Shown here piece after piece: positions 23,526-39,400 of a DNA stretch of 64,000 bases. The DNA is from Vermamoeba vermiformis (Eukaryota), in the NCBI GenBank assembly GCA_045837725.1, contig JBEWZL010000246.1, positions 124,001 through 188,000 of the forward strand, read 5' to 3'. The notes beneath the pieces are model-generated. The model did not search any database. It was not told the origin of the DNA and was given only the letters and a program-made list of their open reading frames with translations. Position 1 is the stretch's first letter. Each line of letters begins with the position of its first letter. Position numbers and translations under genes: made by a program.

Positions 23526-26351
23526 ATGATGCAAAAACTTCTGTTCATTGTTTCTTTGCTTGGCGTTGTCTGCGCGTACGATCTGTTGGAAGATCTGAAA
23601 AACTGCGGTGTTCGTTCTTATTACTACTACGGTCTAGTGTCAGAGTATTATTTATCTTGTAATTCTGATGATTATCGCGTCAAAGAGGTATGGTAACAGA
23701 ATAATTACTTGCAGTTATTGACTCGATTTATTTTAGATCAACATAGCTTATAATAATAATAATGTCGTTCGCAAACGCTTCTTTCCGGGCAATGGGATAG
23801 AGTCTATGTCCTTCAGGCCTGAGAATGTTAACATTTCACCAGTGGATTACGAGTTTATTTTGGTTAACGGTATTATTATGTCAATTTTTTCTTGGTATTG
23901 TGTCCTCAATATTCTTATTTGTTCACAGAAACAAGAGTTTGCTACCGCGCTGAATTCGGTTATGACTCACAATGCGCCTACACCGTCTACGAGATAACGT
24001 GCCAGCCATTACCCACTTGGAAGTATCCCTTGCTACTTACAGGAGGCCAGGTTTGCCCAACGGCGGTAGATGTAAATTGGGCTTGTATCAACGTTGGTTC
24101 TTCTGCAAGTAGACAGTGTCAAGAGCTCCAAGTTACAAATTTGTTCGAGACCGTTGTCACAAAGCCTGCCCGCGTGATAAACGGTATGTTAGCTTGATCT
24201 TGTTAGTACGATCAAAATAATAATATATAGCGATTATATTCAGGGTTCAGAGTGAATGATTGCGAAGGAGCTGTTATTCCCGTCACGAATGATTGGATCA
24301 CGGTCCGAGAAGGCGAGGTCGATCTTGTTCCGGCTGAAACAAAGCAACAGCTGGTTCCTGTTAACAATACCATCAAGTTCATTCAGTTGGTAAGCTTGAT
24401 GAGTTATTCCGCATTTCAAGCTTTTTTTTCTAAGAAGTTCTTGGCAGATGGTCAGCGTTTGCCCAAGAACTGCCGTTGCGATCAATGATCTAATCTCTAG
24501 TTTGAACGCGTTCATAAGAGCGGTTGACTTGCGCACTTCATACATTGCCTTGACAGTATTTGACGGGGCACTTGATTACGTTGATTTTTTGCCCTTCACT
24601 AACAAAGCGGTAAGTAATTGCAGCATCATTATCGCCTTGTTCGTAAAGCTAACCTCGTTAATTTTGCAGGCCTTGATTAATTCTACTATTGCAAACTTAA
24701 CAAATTATGTGTTGCGGGATGACACGTGCAATGTCCGCCAATCCATTGCGAAGAAATTCTCTGAAGTATCCGCTCATGTCTATGGTCAACCTTGGGATAC
24801 CCTGAACTTCGTTATTTATACTGCGACTGGTGATCTGGTCAACTACATCCCGAACGACAACAGTAAGATCTGTTAATAGGATCGTATTTGCCATAATACT
24901 AACATACGTTAAGCTGTTGTGATTCCTATTAACAGAAGAAGAGATATTTCTACCTACGTAATCGGACAGAATCTTCCTCCTTCTCAAAACTCGCTCTTTC
25001 GGGCTCTTGGCGTACGCGGCCTGTTTAATACTCAGGACCTTGCTACTACCACTGGAGCATTCACAGATGTCGCTAAGTCCATTAATGCATCGAGTTCTGG
25101 ATTCAATTTATTCGGTTATTGCTCCGCTTCTCGTGTTGGCCAAATTAACGCCAAGTACGGCTAAGTGCAAAGCTTTGCACCTGCACTAGGACTAATAAGT
25201 TATATTAGGCTCTATCTTAAATATAGAGGCAGATATGGATCATCCACTATTAATCCTGGAGTTACAATCATGGAGCAAAAATACAATGCTTCGGAGTTTA
25301 CCCCCGGTTGTACTGCCAATCACGCCAGAGATTTTTGCAGCCCTTGTTCGACTGTAATTGATCACCTTCACATTATGTGCTACGATTGTTTCAATCAGTC
25401 GTCTGTCGCGTTGTCGGACGAAACCGAGTATGCTCAAGTACGTCACTTACTCTCCTAACGATGGCACGTATTTATAGGGATTATAGGTTCTCTTGCGAGT
25501 GCCCGCCAATGGTCGCAATATTCTCCACTTGCCAGTCCCCAGCAGTGGCGCTCAATTCAACGTTTATGTTCGCTTTGGAGGTGTCAGCAATCCTTTGCTG
25601 TACGATTTCAAGTTCTTAGCGGTATCGCAACCGACCATCGAGCTGCCTACCGCTAACAAGGGAGATCTTGTTGGTGTTTATATTGACTGGAATGGCTACG
25701 CTTATGATGGTAAGTTACTGTCCTGTAGCTGTCGACTGTCAAACTGACATGTTAATCCTAGCATCTCTCGGCATTGCAATTGAAAGTCCGAGCTCATCTC
25801 CATTGACGGCTCCCCTTAGTCAAGCTCCTATTACCGCGCCAGTTCCTCAACAGGAAACACCAGTTAGCCAACCTTTGTCACCCATTCCGGTGTCTCCTAT
25901 CGCTGTAGAACCAATCACTGCACCAATTCCTCAACCTGAAGTCCCTCAAAGCTACAATCCGGTCTCCAGTTCTCCTTATCCCATTTCGTCGCCGGACTCG
26001 TCTCCGAACGGATTTGTTCCGATCGGTCAATACCCCGTTGCCGAAATGCCGGTCTCTGCACCACTGGGTTACAATGCTCCAGTAGACAGTGCACCAATTG
26101 CTTACTATCCGCCGGTCACTCAGCCAAATGAAGCGCCTGTCGCTCAACCAGTGGAATTTTCGATCCCAACGCAAAGCGGTAACTGGCCCGTTAGTGCTCC
26201 TATCGTCCAAGCAAGTCCTGATAGCGCCCAACCGCAGTCTGCGTCAGGAGCTGCAGCCGGCCAAAATTCTACCGACGAAAACGTCAGTACTGGAGTTACT
26301 GTTCAATCCGGCTTGATCCTTGTTTTAGTATCACTCTTTGTTGCATTTTAA
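23526..26351 (+). CDS. Secreted/GPI-anchored surface protein with a possible degenerate vWA-like domain and a Pro/Ser-rich stalk
   Basis: Signal peptide MMQKLLFIVSLLGVVCA and many GT-AG exons. IALTVFDG, LNFVIYTATGD and YVIG segments are vWA-like; P/S/A/V-rich stalk and hydrophobic tail. Confidence 0.6.
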
Positions 26352-26491
26352 TTGCCGTTATAATTCAATGTGCATTAAATAGTATTTCAACTTCAGTCGG
26401 GTTGGGTTCGCTTTCTTTGATCGCTTGTTACGATCAGTTTTTTTCTCTGCTCAAAAGACGAAACAACAGCGCTCCAGTTAACCTCACCAAA

Positions 26492-28762
<2,271 letters not shown>

Positions 28763-29078
28763 GTAAGTTTATCCTTGTATAAATGTGTTAATAGTTTAAA
28801 ATAAACTTATTGTTCCAAATAAGATTGCTTCTCGGTAGAATTTGTTTACACGATCTGATTGTAGCCCTAGTGACCGTTACAAACTATCTTTTTCCCGCGG
28901 CAACTTTTTTTGATTTCTCAGCTCTCGAGCAAGACCACAGTCGGTAATATATTATTTTGAACAAGCCAGGTTGGCATTTTTTTGCAAGATTCGGTCCGAC
29001 TCTTTTTTGATCTTGCGAGAGAATTATTAAATTTGATCGCTGCTAATAAAATTAATTATAGGACCATAGGCGATTTAA

Positions 29079-31469
29079 ATGTCAGTTTCAACGAGAAACC
29101 AAGGACTCGTCAAGCTTGAGCCCGAATCTGTTTCGACAGACGAAGCGCCACGAAGAACAAGCCCAAGAAAAAGGAATATATCAATAAAAGAAGAGGAGTA
29201 CGGCGATGCCTTTTCTCACCAAAGATCTAGAAAGAAACAGCGCATCGCGCCAGATTCGAGCGACGATTTTCAGTTGCCTGATTCAGAGGACTACAGAGAG
29301 TCTCTGAATGAAAGCAGCTCGTCAGATCTTATCGACGATGAATCGGTGGCCGATGATTCGAAGTCAGAGAATTTTTCCTCGGGCGGCAACGAATCTAGCG
29401 GATTAAGTTCTGGAGAACTCGACTTTCTTCTGAACGAGAGTGAGGACAGGCAACAAAATGCAATTGCATCCATGGAGGGTGACCATGATTCAGTCATACC
29501 AATTAGTACTGATGAATCGCTATTCTCGAGCAGTCAGTCTTCAGAAATTGCTGTTGAGAATTATAATGAAGTCGTCGCGAAGAGCTTGGCAGTAGATAGG
29601 TCAAAAGAAGGAAAGCGATTAAAGGTAAGTAATTAATAGATGAAAGCTAAGATTAGCAAACAATCTCCGTATTAGCCAGATTCGTCGCTCGAGTTTGTCG
29701 GATCTAATTACAGTTACTAATGACTTATTTTTCAGTGGTACTCAATACACGGCATTGATTATATCCAACAATGGGAGAAAGTAGAAAGCAATATAAGAAG
29801 TGGATCGATTGCCAAAACCCTCGAAGATCTGTTTTTATTTTCGGACTACGCCAAAGATAACGCTCAGATATTTTCAGCGGATAGAATGGACCACTCTGCC
29901 TATCTAAATCGCATAGCGTAAGTTCCGCCAAAACTATTTTAGTAAATAGCTTCGTTTTTGACTCCGAAGCAGATTTGGCTGGAGAGTTTTTATTCAAGAG
30001 CAAGGACACAAATTGACCGAGGATCAACGCGTACAAATTCTCGACAGACTTACCTCATACGCTGTAAAGCCATTTTTAGACGTAGCAGTTTCGATTTGGA
30101 AATACTCGTTCAAACCACACGAGAAGGTTGAACAAATGGTACGATAAAATAAGAATAGAATATTCAAATAATAAGTACCAAGGATTTATATACTTTGTAG
30201 GATTTGGAGGATCTGGTTGCCATGTGCGAGCAAGGAAAAATTGACGTACCGAGTCAGATCGAGTACTTGTGGACGGTAAAACGGCTTCGTGAGGAGAATA
30301 GAAGATTTGAAAGTATGATCCTTTGCTGTGCTATGGGCGAGTTCTATAAATACAGATACAGCATGAAGTCACGTGCTGTTCATTTGGCTCTTTGGGAGAA
30401 CGCTTTACATCAGCGATACGTCACGCATTTATTGACGTTGGCAACAAGACCAAAAAAAGAGATAACAGATAGTTCATTGAAGGCAATGGAGATGTGGCAG
30501 ATTGTCTCAAGAATTGCAAGCGATCCGCATCAAAACGTTAAGAATGGCTTGGAAAAAACCGTCTCAAAGGATTTTGTAACATGTTTCGTATTATATTACG
30601 TAATATGTTATACTTCTCCTGATTATTTCGACATTCTCCGACAAAAGTACATCGTAAGTCCACTAGCAACGATAAGCTGAATTTTTTTTCTAACTGTCCA
30701 GAAATTCTCGCGCACTTTGAAAATGGAATTTCCGCTAAATAAGGCGCTGGATTGCATTTTGAACCCGAGACTAGCCACTTTTATCAAACTAGCTGCGGGT
30801 GGACATTTATGGCTTCAAGAAACTGTTCTGCAAAGACTTTTGATGATGAAAAATTCCTATAATGACGTACACGGCCTATTCCAGATCTTTGGATATAAAG
30901 GTAAGACAAAATATTTCCAAATTTGGAAATAATAATCCTTTTTTTTTTAAGAACTTTGGGACGTGGCACTCGCCAGTCTTACAGCAGCGTCTGAAAACGG
31001 GGATCAATGCGATTTTATGGTCGAAAATGTGCCTTCTCTACGTAATTTATCGACTACAGCGCAGTACATGTACATCAAAATGATCGAACAGCGAATCCGA
31101 GCGACCGAGAAATTGTCGCAGCACATACAGAGAGGACTTCAACGCATTGGAGAAATTTGCCGCCCAATGCAATTGCATTTAGAATCGTTGGGGTATGCAT
31201 ATCAAGCATTTAATAAGATGAGAGAAGAACGTGTTTCGAGGGAGAATTTGCGCGTGATCCGCAACCACTTGTTCATGCTCAAAAAAGAAGGCGATTGGAA
31301 GCGCATAATCAACACTGTCATACGTAATTGCAAGCCTGAGCATAAGAAGAAATATCAACTGTTGAAGAAGGAGGACGGACCTGAAATTGAGCCAGGTACA
31401 AATTGGATTGACGAAATATTCGATAATTGTATGCCGGAATTCGATATAAGTGTTGATAGCGATTTCTAG
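29079..31469 (+). CDS. Uncharacterised multi-exon protein with an acidic, NLS-containing N-terminus
   Basis: Long ORFs 29079, 30204, 30717 and 30963 are separated by GT-AG introns; PRKR/RKKQR basic motifs; no family recognised. Confidence 0.55.
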
Positions 31470-31705
31470 TAAATTGATTACTGGACTTGAATGCATTGAC
31501 TTACCTGCAGCTGCCGATCAATTAAACTTAACCAAATTTATGTATACTACCATAAATAAATAAAAACTAACTTATTCTAATGCTTGATTGTATCCGATTT
31601 GCATAAAAATTAGAAAGATCAAATGAAATTATATAATTTTGTATGGCACCTTAGTATCAATTCCCTAAGTTTCATAACATTTACTAATATAGAACATGAA
31701 TCGAT

Positions 31706-33547
31706 TCAAAACTGAGAAATAGACCATTTGCTTCTATAAGGCATTTTGAACTGATAACCGCCAGGAACGGATGTGTTCGGAGTGACCGTGACTGGCAACC
31801 AGATGTACGTCGCGTTGAGCAGTCCTCCAGGTCCTATCATATTAAATTATTCATACGCACTATATTAATATATATTTTAATGTACCTGCGTAGTTCCATC
31901 GGTCTCCCATGTAGATCGGCAAAACAGATCCGTCGTTCAAAGTGTAAGGCAAGACATAAGCTGATTGAGAATCGAATGTAATGCTATCACCTATATAATA
32001 ATTTATATAGAGTATATTGAATATTAACAGGCGTTTTTGATTTACCTGAAGGGTTTCCAAGCGAGATCCAATCAGCGCCAATAATTGACGGGCCGTCAGC
32101 GACAAATAATTCCGCGGCATTAGGATCCCAGCCTATAATATCGATTATTATAGTACTATAAATTATTAATAGTTGTTGAATACGTACCAGACAAGTGCGA
32201 GGTCCATATATAATAATTTCCTTTGTACTTGAACATTGCTTGACCTTCTCGGGCCTCTGTATAATAAAATATTAATTTAAAGTCTTAACAATTGAAAATA
32301 ATCCAATAATTTTAACAGTAATAGCAATTTCTACAATTTTCGAAAGATATAACGAACACCGGATTCATTCAATTTTATCTCTAATAGATCGCTTATATCA
32401 TAGTATTTATGAGCAATATGGATATGATTATAAGGACATTATTTATAAGCAATAGAGTCCATAGTAAAGAATTTCTAACGTACCGCCAATGAAACTGACG
32501 AGCTCTTTCGAGGTCAAGTAGTCGTCACTCAGCAACGAAATGCCGACAAATTGATTGACGACTGATCTGATTAAATATGCGCGGCCGTCATCATCTTGAT
32601 ATGTGGTCATGTCATAGCTTCCAATACTAGAGTATAACTAAGAATTAGCTCTCGAGATCCGCTACCTGACAACAATTTAAAATTTCAAATTCATTAAGGC
32701 GAATAAACCGCAAAATAATATTTATAGATATCATATGAATAGCACAAATATTTTACGATGCTTGGATTGATTTGGGCAAAAGAAAATTTTGTATGGATTT
32801 GAACGACTTACCCATCTGGTTTGTAAGCATGAACGAATTTGAACGGACCAATAGGAGAGCTCGATGTAGCAACTCCAACATGAGGCGAGGTATATATGGC
32901 GTCATCTAAGTGAATATACATGACGTATTGATGCGTGTACGGATTTTTCATTACTTTGGGTCGCTCGATCACAAATGGGCTGGGGAAGGAAACGCCAACA
33001 ATATCGCTTTGTCCTAATACCTGTAATATATATATGAATTATAGCTATTTGCAAACAAAGGCCTTAATTTTACTGAGGATAAAAATGGATTCGGTTGCAA
33101 CGAATTTTTTTAGGTGCAAAACGATTAAAAAGCAATAAGCTATTTAGATATAATTCTAGTACTTACCGAGCCTTCAAATTTCCATTTCGTCAAGGTCTTA
33201 TCCGTAGTTGAATAACAATTGACTCCATGAGAAGTCAAATTATCTGTTTTCTTTGACTCGCCGTACCAATAATATACGCCATTTTCTTATACAAATTTAT
33301 TAATAAAATTAAATTAATTGTAATACGACTTACCTATTAATAAGCCCATTCCGTGAGCCTCAATACGATTGCCATCCTTAAAATTGTATTTTAATTTAAG
33401 CTCCTTTATTTAATTGCTGAAAATTATTATCATTTATATGCTTACTGTATCAAACCATGGCGTGCCTGGATAAATTATTTGGGCGGATGTCTCGTGATAG
33501 ACAAATCCAAAAATCGTCAATATGATACAAATCTTGATAGATAACAT
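31706..33547 (-). CDS. Secreted glycoside hydrolase family 43 (exo-beta-1,3-galactanase-like, GH43_24 type)
   Basis: Spliced motifs: PGTPWFDTDGNRIEAHG, YYWYGE, VIERPKV, VGVATSSSPIGPF, SYDMTTYQDDDGRAYL, REGQAMFK, SHLSGWDPN, TFDSQS, YMGDRW, ATYIWLP; signal peptide. Confidence 0.88.
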
Positions 33548-33714
33548 GGAATATAAATGGATATATTACAAATACGATATATTATACAAACACTTAGTAA
33601 AAAGTGTCAGTCGTGTTGCATCTCGTTCACAAAAATCTTTTAACTGGAATTCTATTTCAAGTCAATTTAAATAACACAAGCACAAGACTTAGTGTAATAA
33701 ATTAGTATAGCGTA

Positions 33715-35182
33715 ATGGGCAACAGTCAGCCTGGTCCTGATCCGAATGTCATGCGAGTCTTTCTTGCTTCTGACATTCACACGGATGAGCAAGAAAATTG
33801 GGATCTCGTCAAAGAATGGGCCAGTAAATTTGAAATTACACCAAGTGATGTACTTATATTAGCGGGTGATATATCACACCGGTTAGATATTATAGAAGGT
33901 ACGCGTAATTTTAAAAATAATTATTAATATTTTATGACAATCAAACTTTTCCGTGACATTTCCATGTTAACTTATTTATGCTTATAACATAATATAAAAT
34001 AATAATAATATGCACGATAACTCTAATTCATTTTTAATTAGAAACGTTCACCACATTGAAGCAAGTCTTTACCACAATTTTTTTCGTGCCTGGCAATAAC
34101 GAGCTGAGGCTACGTAAAGAAGAATACGAAAAGAAAATATTCAAAGACTCTGTACATAAATTCCATCACGTTTTAGACTTATGCAAAAAATACGGTACGT
34201 GGATCCGGATCGAAAAATCATTTCAACGCTTCCAGAATTTAAGATTAACTATGTATTCATATTCGTAGATATTATTACCGAGCCTAAAGTCATGAATGGT
34301 GTTTTAATAGCTCCTTTATTCGCATGGTACACGCCTAACTTTGAAAAATCGTGGAAGGGCGATCCAACTCATAGGGTACGTTGCAAAGTCATTCTTTGGC
34401 ATATATAGCATATATATTAATATAAATGTATGATTAGAAGCGATGGCTTGATTTTTATCGATGTCATTGGCCTGAACATTTGAACGACGAAGAAGATCCG
34501 GATTGCGTAGCGAACCATTTTACTTCTCTAAATGAGGGTACATAAGAATGGCTTATAAAACATCAAATATAATCTTATACTAACTGATTTATAGAACATT
34601 TGAAGAAAGAATATGCGGCAGAGTTTATCATTAGCTTTAGTCACTTTTTACCGCGAACTGAATTGTTGCCGCCAACAATGTTATTGAAGAATAAGACGTA
34701 AGTACAATATAATAATTTCCGTACTATTGTCATATGATCCTGTTTTCGATTTTTTCTTTCTGGATGTACCTTCGTGTAACGAATGAAGTTGCATTATGTA
34801 GCCGTACGATCAGCCATTAATTATATCATTCCGATAGTTTGCCTCGTGTAGTGGGCTCACCAGCAATTGAAGATCAAATTCGTCGCTTAGGCAGCAATAT
34901 TCATTGTTGCGGACACACGCATATTAATGTAGATAAAACGATCAAAGGCGTTAGGTAAGAAATGTATTTTCTATTAGTAGTGTATTAATATTAGTATGTA
35001 GGTATATTCAGCATGCATTAGGGCATCCAAATGAACGAAAAGCAGTTTGGCGGATGCACGAGGCTGAATATGTACCTAAAGTTATCTATCATACACCTGT
35101 AAAGGCGTCAAATAATACTAATAGTGTCAATAATAACAATGATAATGATGCACGCGATGATAGTGATGTTTCGGATGAATAG
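33715..35182 (+). CDS. Calcineurin-like metallophosphoesterase with a putative N-myristoylation site
   Basis: SDIH, ILAGDI, VPGNNE, SFSHFLPR and CGHTH metal motifs across the exons; N-terminal MGNSQ. Confidence 0.88.
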
Positions 35183-35425
35183 ATGTAAATAAATTAGATT
35201 AAATCCGAAAATCGGATCAACTAGGTTTGAGATTTAGTCGTATTGTTATGTTGTCAAACAACGCTTATATTACCTTTCAAAGATTGGTATTGCACGAAAT
35301 GAGTTTTCATCCTTTTTTGACCAGATGCGTAAAGATTGCGGAACTCCGGTACAATAAATTTTATTTTTTTTCTTTCAAATTGCAAAGAGATTACAACACC
35401 TCTTATAATATTATAATCAGAGTTC

Positions 35426-35671
35426 ATGGGCGGCTCATTTTCCTTCCCCTCCTTCTCGGCTCCAGCACCCACTCCACGATCTGCAACAGCCTCCACAACC
35501 GGTGCTCGTCCTGCTCAGAACGGCTCAGGTGGTGGTGGTAGCGGAGCTAGAGGCAATCCCTCTGCATATGCAGGATACGCTGAACCTGAAGCTGGACCTG
35601 GAGGTGATTCAGGCTATTCCGAACCACCTGCCGATGATAATTTGGCCGCTCCCGTTGTTAGCTATTATTAA
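35426..35671 (+). CDS. Small low-complexity Gly/Pro/Ala-rich protein
   Basis: GC-richer ORF (MGGSFSFPSF...) in AT-rich flanks with a downstream AATAAA; no family recognised. Confidence 0.5.
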   Translation: MGGSFSFPSFSAPAPTPRSATASTTGARPAQNGSGGGGSGARGNPSAYAGYAEPEAGPGGDSGYSEPPADDNLAAPVVSYY

Positions 35672-36470
35672 AGTATGGATACAGCATGCTGAAAAATTCA
35701 AGCATTTAGTGTTTACAGTTTTGTCTCAATTTTAGGTGTAATAATAAAGATGTACTTGCAGGATTTACTAATTTTTTGTAGTTATGTTTTTATTGGAATT
35801 CTGAACCACTAGCGAGCTAGACAATGCAGTAAACATAAGACCGAGGTATTTTCGGTCGGTAACACGAATTCGATTTAATTGAATTTGGTAGATTTGGGTC
35901 GAATCTTGCGACTTTCTCGAGACAAACTCCCAGATCTGCGGTTTTTTGCTATTTGTTTGCCATACAATACATCCTACATGAGGTCTAAAGATAACCAAAG
36001 TGTAATTAAAAAATAAAGAAGACTCGGGAAAATACGAATTTCGATCGAATGCCGGATTGAAGCTTAACAATACGTCAACGACGAGTTGTCAAAGAAAAAT
36101 AGTCCACTCTAGTGCCCTGCGAAGCTTTATAAAAGGCAATAAATCAGCCAAGCAATTCGCTTGCTCGAGCGTCTTGTTTTTTGCTATTGATCTAAATACT
36201 TGGTGTGTTAAGAATGAGAATTACGATACAATGTTACAGAAGGCTATACTGCAGGTCTACGGCTGGCTTCGTTGTCTTGGCGGCCTGGGCGGGACCCGTT
36301 TATGTAAATCGGGCCGGACTGGAAAACGGACGCCCGCCTGGGCACGTGTAGTAGACAGGGTAAAAATGGTTCGCGTCATTTAAAACGTATTCTTTGTCGG
36401 TAAAACACCATCTTTGTATTATATTTTCTATATTATTCATTGCTCATCGTTTACGTTTTACGAGTAAACG

Positions 36471-39400
36471 ATGGAGGATCTAGATGACGAGCAGATATGC
36501 AAAGTCTGCCGCACTGAAGGAACGCCCGATCACCCGCTGTTCTATCCGTGCAAATGTAGAGGCAGTATTAAATATGTACATCAAGATTGCTTGGAGCAAT
36601 GGATTCGCCACTCCAAGACAACCAAATGCGAAGTAAGATTGAACAATAATTACCCGGAGAACGGAGAAAATATTTTTAATAATTATACGGGAAATGCAAT
36701 ATTATAATAACATGGAAAACGGTCATTATATGATTTTTTGGTTCAATTTAAATTTTCTGGATCCGACTCGAATGTTACTAGCGTTTACATGCGTATTAAT
36801 AATCGATTCATCCACAAGTTTTACGTTAAATAATTCATACTAATAATATTTCATTATTATAGCTCTGCAAACATTCTTACAGATTTACTCCAAGTAAGTT
36901 ACAATTTTTCTTTTATTCTTCCGAGATCCATTATTACAGGGCAAAGAGAAAAATCTATACAATATTCGCGGCCATTATTTTTACATTTATTAGCTAACTT
37001 TTCGCCCACAAGTGGCTTGATCTGACAACCAAGACTTCTTCAACTAACTTTCCATATTATTCCTAGTCTACGCTGAATCCACGCCTAAATTCGTCGGATT
37101 TATGCCGTTCATTACTGCGGCTCTACGCAAGACAGTCAGTATTGTGCCTAAAGGCTTGAGGCTGTCAGTTGTTGGTCTGACGTGGCTGGTCATATTGCCG
37201 CTGATCACTTCTATGGCCTGGGAAATGTATTTTGGATCCACGGCAGATATACTCGTAAATGTTGCGATAAATAGTGGCAATATCTCGCTGAATAACGGCA
37301 CCATCGATGCCGCAAAAACCAACGCAACGAATTCAAACGGTACCAAGCCCAATGATCACGTGCCTATTTGGGACATGTTTTCCGCACTGATGCATGGAAC
37401 ATTATTCAAAGGATTTGTGTCTAGTACTGGACAAGCTGTCACCGTGCCAATGCTGTAAGCTTTGCATTATTTTTTCATTTTAAAATCAATAATAGCACTC
37501 TTATTCTTCGCGAAATGAATTAATGACAACGCGAAAATCAATATTATTTGGTCGTGCAAAATAATAATAGAAGCGTTATTTTCATTGAATTCAAACTACT
37601 AGGCCGTGTCAATTTCAACTAATTTTTCTTCAGTTTGATTGCAATTACACGATTGATATTAATAATTCTAGTATATTGAAGACGGTCAAGCTAATTTTTA
37701 ATTATTATTCATAGAGCCAAGTCATTCGTGGCACACAGTTTCTTCGGTGCCTTTACCATGGCGTCAATTTTTGTCATGTTTCTAGGCTTGTTATCGCTAT
37801 TTGAATACATCAAAAGTTTGTACCGCAACGAAGCCATCATGCGTCGATTGGCCGCGATGCAAGCACGACAAAATAACAACGGGGAAGATAACAACGGTAA
37901 TGCTAATCAAGCTGAAGACAATCTCGAACAAGAATTGATTGAAGAGGCTGCTGCGGCTGAAGAGCAAGAAGGAAATCAAGAGGAGGCTATGGGATTCGAT
38001 GAGTTGCGTAAGTTTTTTTTCGATTTTTATCCAAACCTGTTTTTGATACGTCAATTTTTTTGGCCTTATTTGGATAATATACTATTCTTTTTAATTACCA
38101 TTATGATCGTGAAATTTCACTCGATTAATAATTTGCTTGCAGTTGGTGTGAGCGGCTCCATGTTCCAATTTGCAGGCATTGTAATTTGCGTCATTTTGTT
38201 CCTCGGAGCTGTGATTGGTGCATTCGTGTTTATTCCTAATTTGATTGGCCGAGTAGCTTTATTGGTAAGTACTCGAATATAACTAACTTTAATTATAATG
38301 ATCCTAGTTTTTTGTAAAATTAAATGACTTGCTAATTTTATTCATTCGTAGAACCCGGATCTAAAACAAGGATTAAAATCCACGACTAATGAAGTGATTC
38401 AATATTTGATCCAGCCAAAATCTTCGACAAATGCTACGGCAATGGCACATGACAGCGAAACAACGCTCGATCATTTAGAAAAGTTTAGTCAAAGTCTTAC
38501 AGCACGAGTTTTCATTGGGTATATCGTACTCCTATTAATGGGATTCTTGTGGTTGTGCTTTATCTGGACGATTAATGCTGTTTTTGGCTTGTCCATTGGC
38601 AAAGACGCGATGTACAATGTCGGTCGATTTGTGCGAAGACGAAGAAGAAACGCGGCTCAGAATAACAACAACAACAATAATAATAACAACGCTAATCAGA
38701 ACGCTAATGCCGAACAAAACAACCAACAAGTCGTAGAACAGCCGCCACAAATTGATCAAAACAACCAAGTTGACGTTAATAATAACAACGAGCAACAAGA
38801 CCCTGGTCAAGTTCAACAGGAGCCAGCTGTCAATAACGGTACGTTTTCATGAAAAAGGATTGATTTTGTCATTTCATGAAAAGCTAATTGCGATTCGCAG
38901 GTGCAGAGCCGGTCAATGGGAACAATAATAATCCACAAGAAGACGTTATCGAAGTTGAAATTTCATTCACGAGCATTCTCGAGTCGACAGTAGTGCTGGT
39001 TCAATTCATTTTCGTTATTCTCAAAGTCGTGCTGCTCATCTTCGTCAATATCCTGGCACACCCTGCTTTCCTCGGCTTTATACTGTTGAACGCTGTCACC
39101 ATGTTCAATCAGCCTGAGACCATCACTTTCGAGAATCACAGCCACGATATTATGCCCGCAGAGACCGTGGCAGTGGTCGAGCATGACGAGGCCGTGGAGT
39201 ACAGTCAAAGCACGAACAATGTTAACAGTACTGCGGAGGCGATAGTCGAGGTCGTTGTGAGTAACATCACGCAAGCAGTGAGCAATGTGACAGGCGTCAA
39301 ATCGGATTCTTTGTCGACAACTAGTCCACATTCAACTCCATTCCCGCACTATTTGACACTCATTTTGGTACGTACCATGTTAATCTAATTTAAATACATA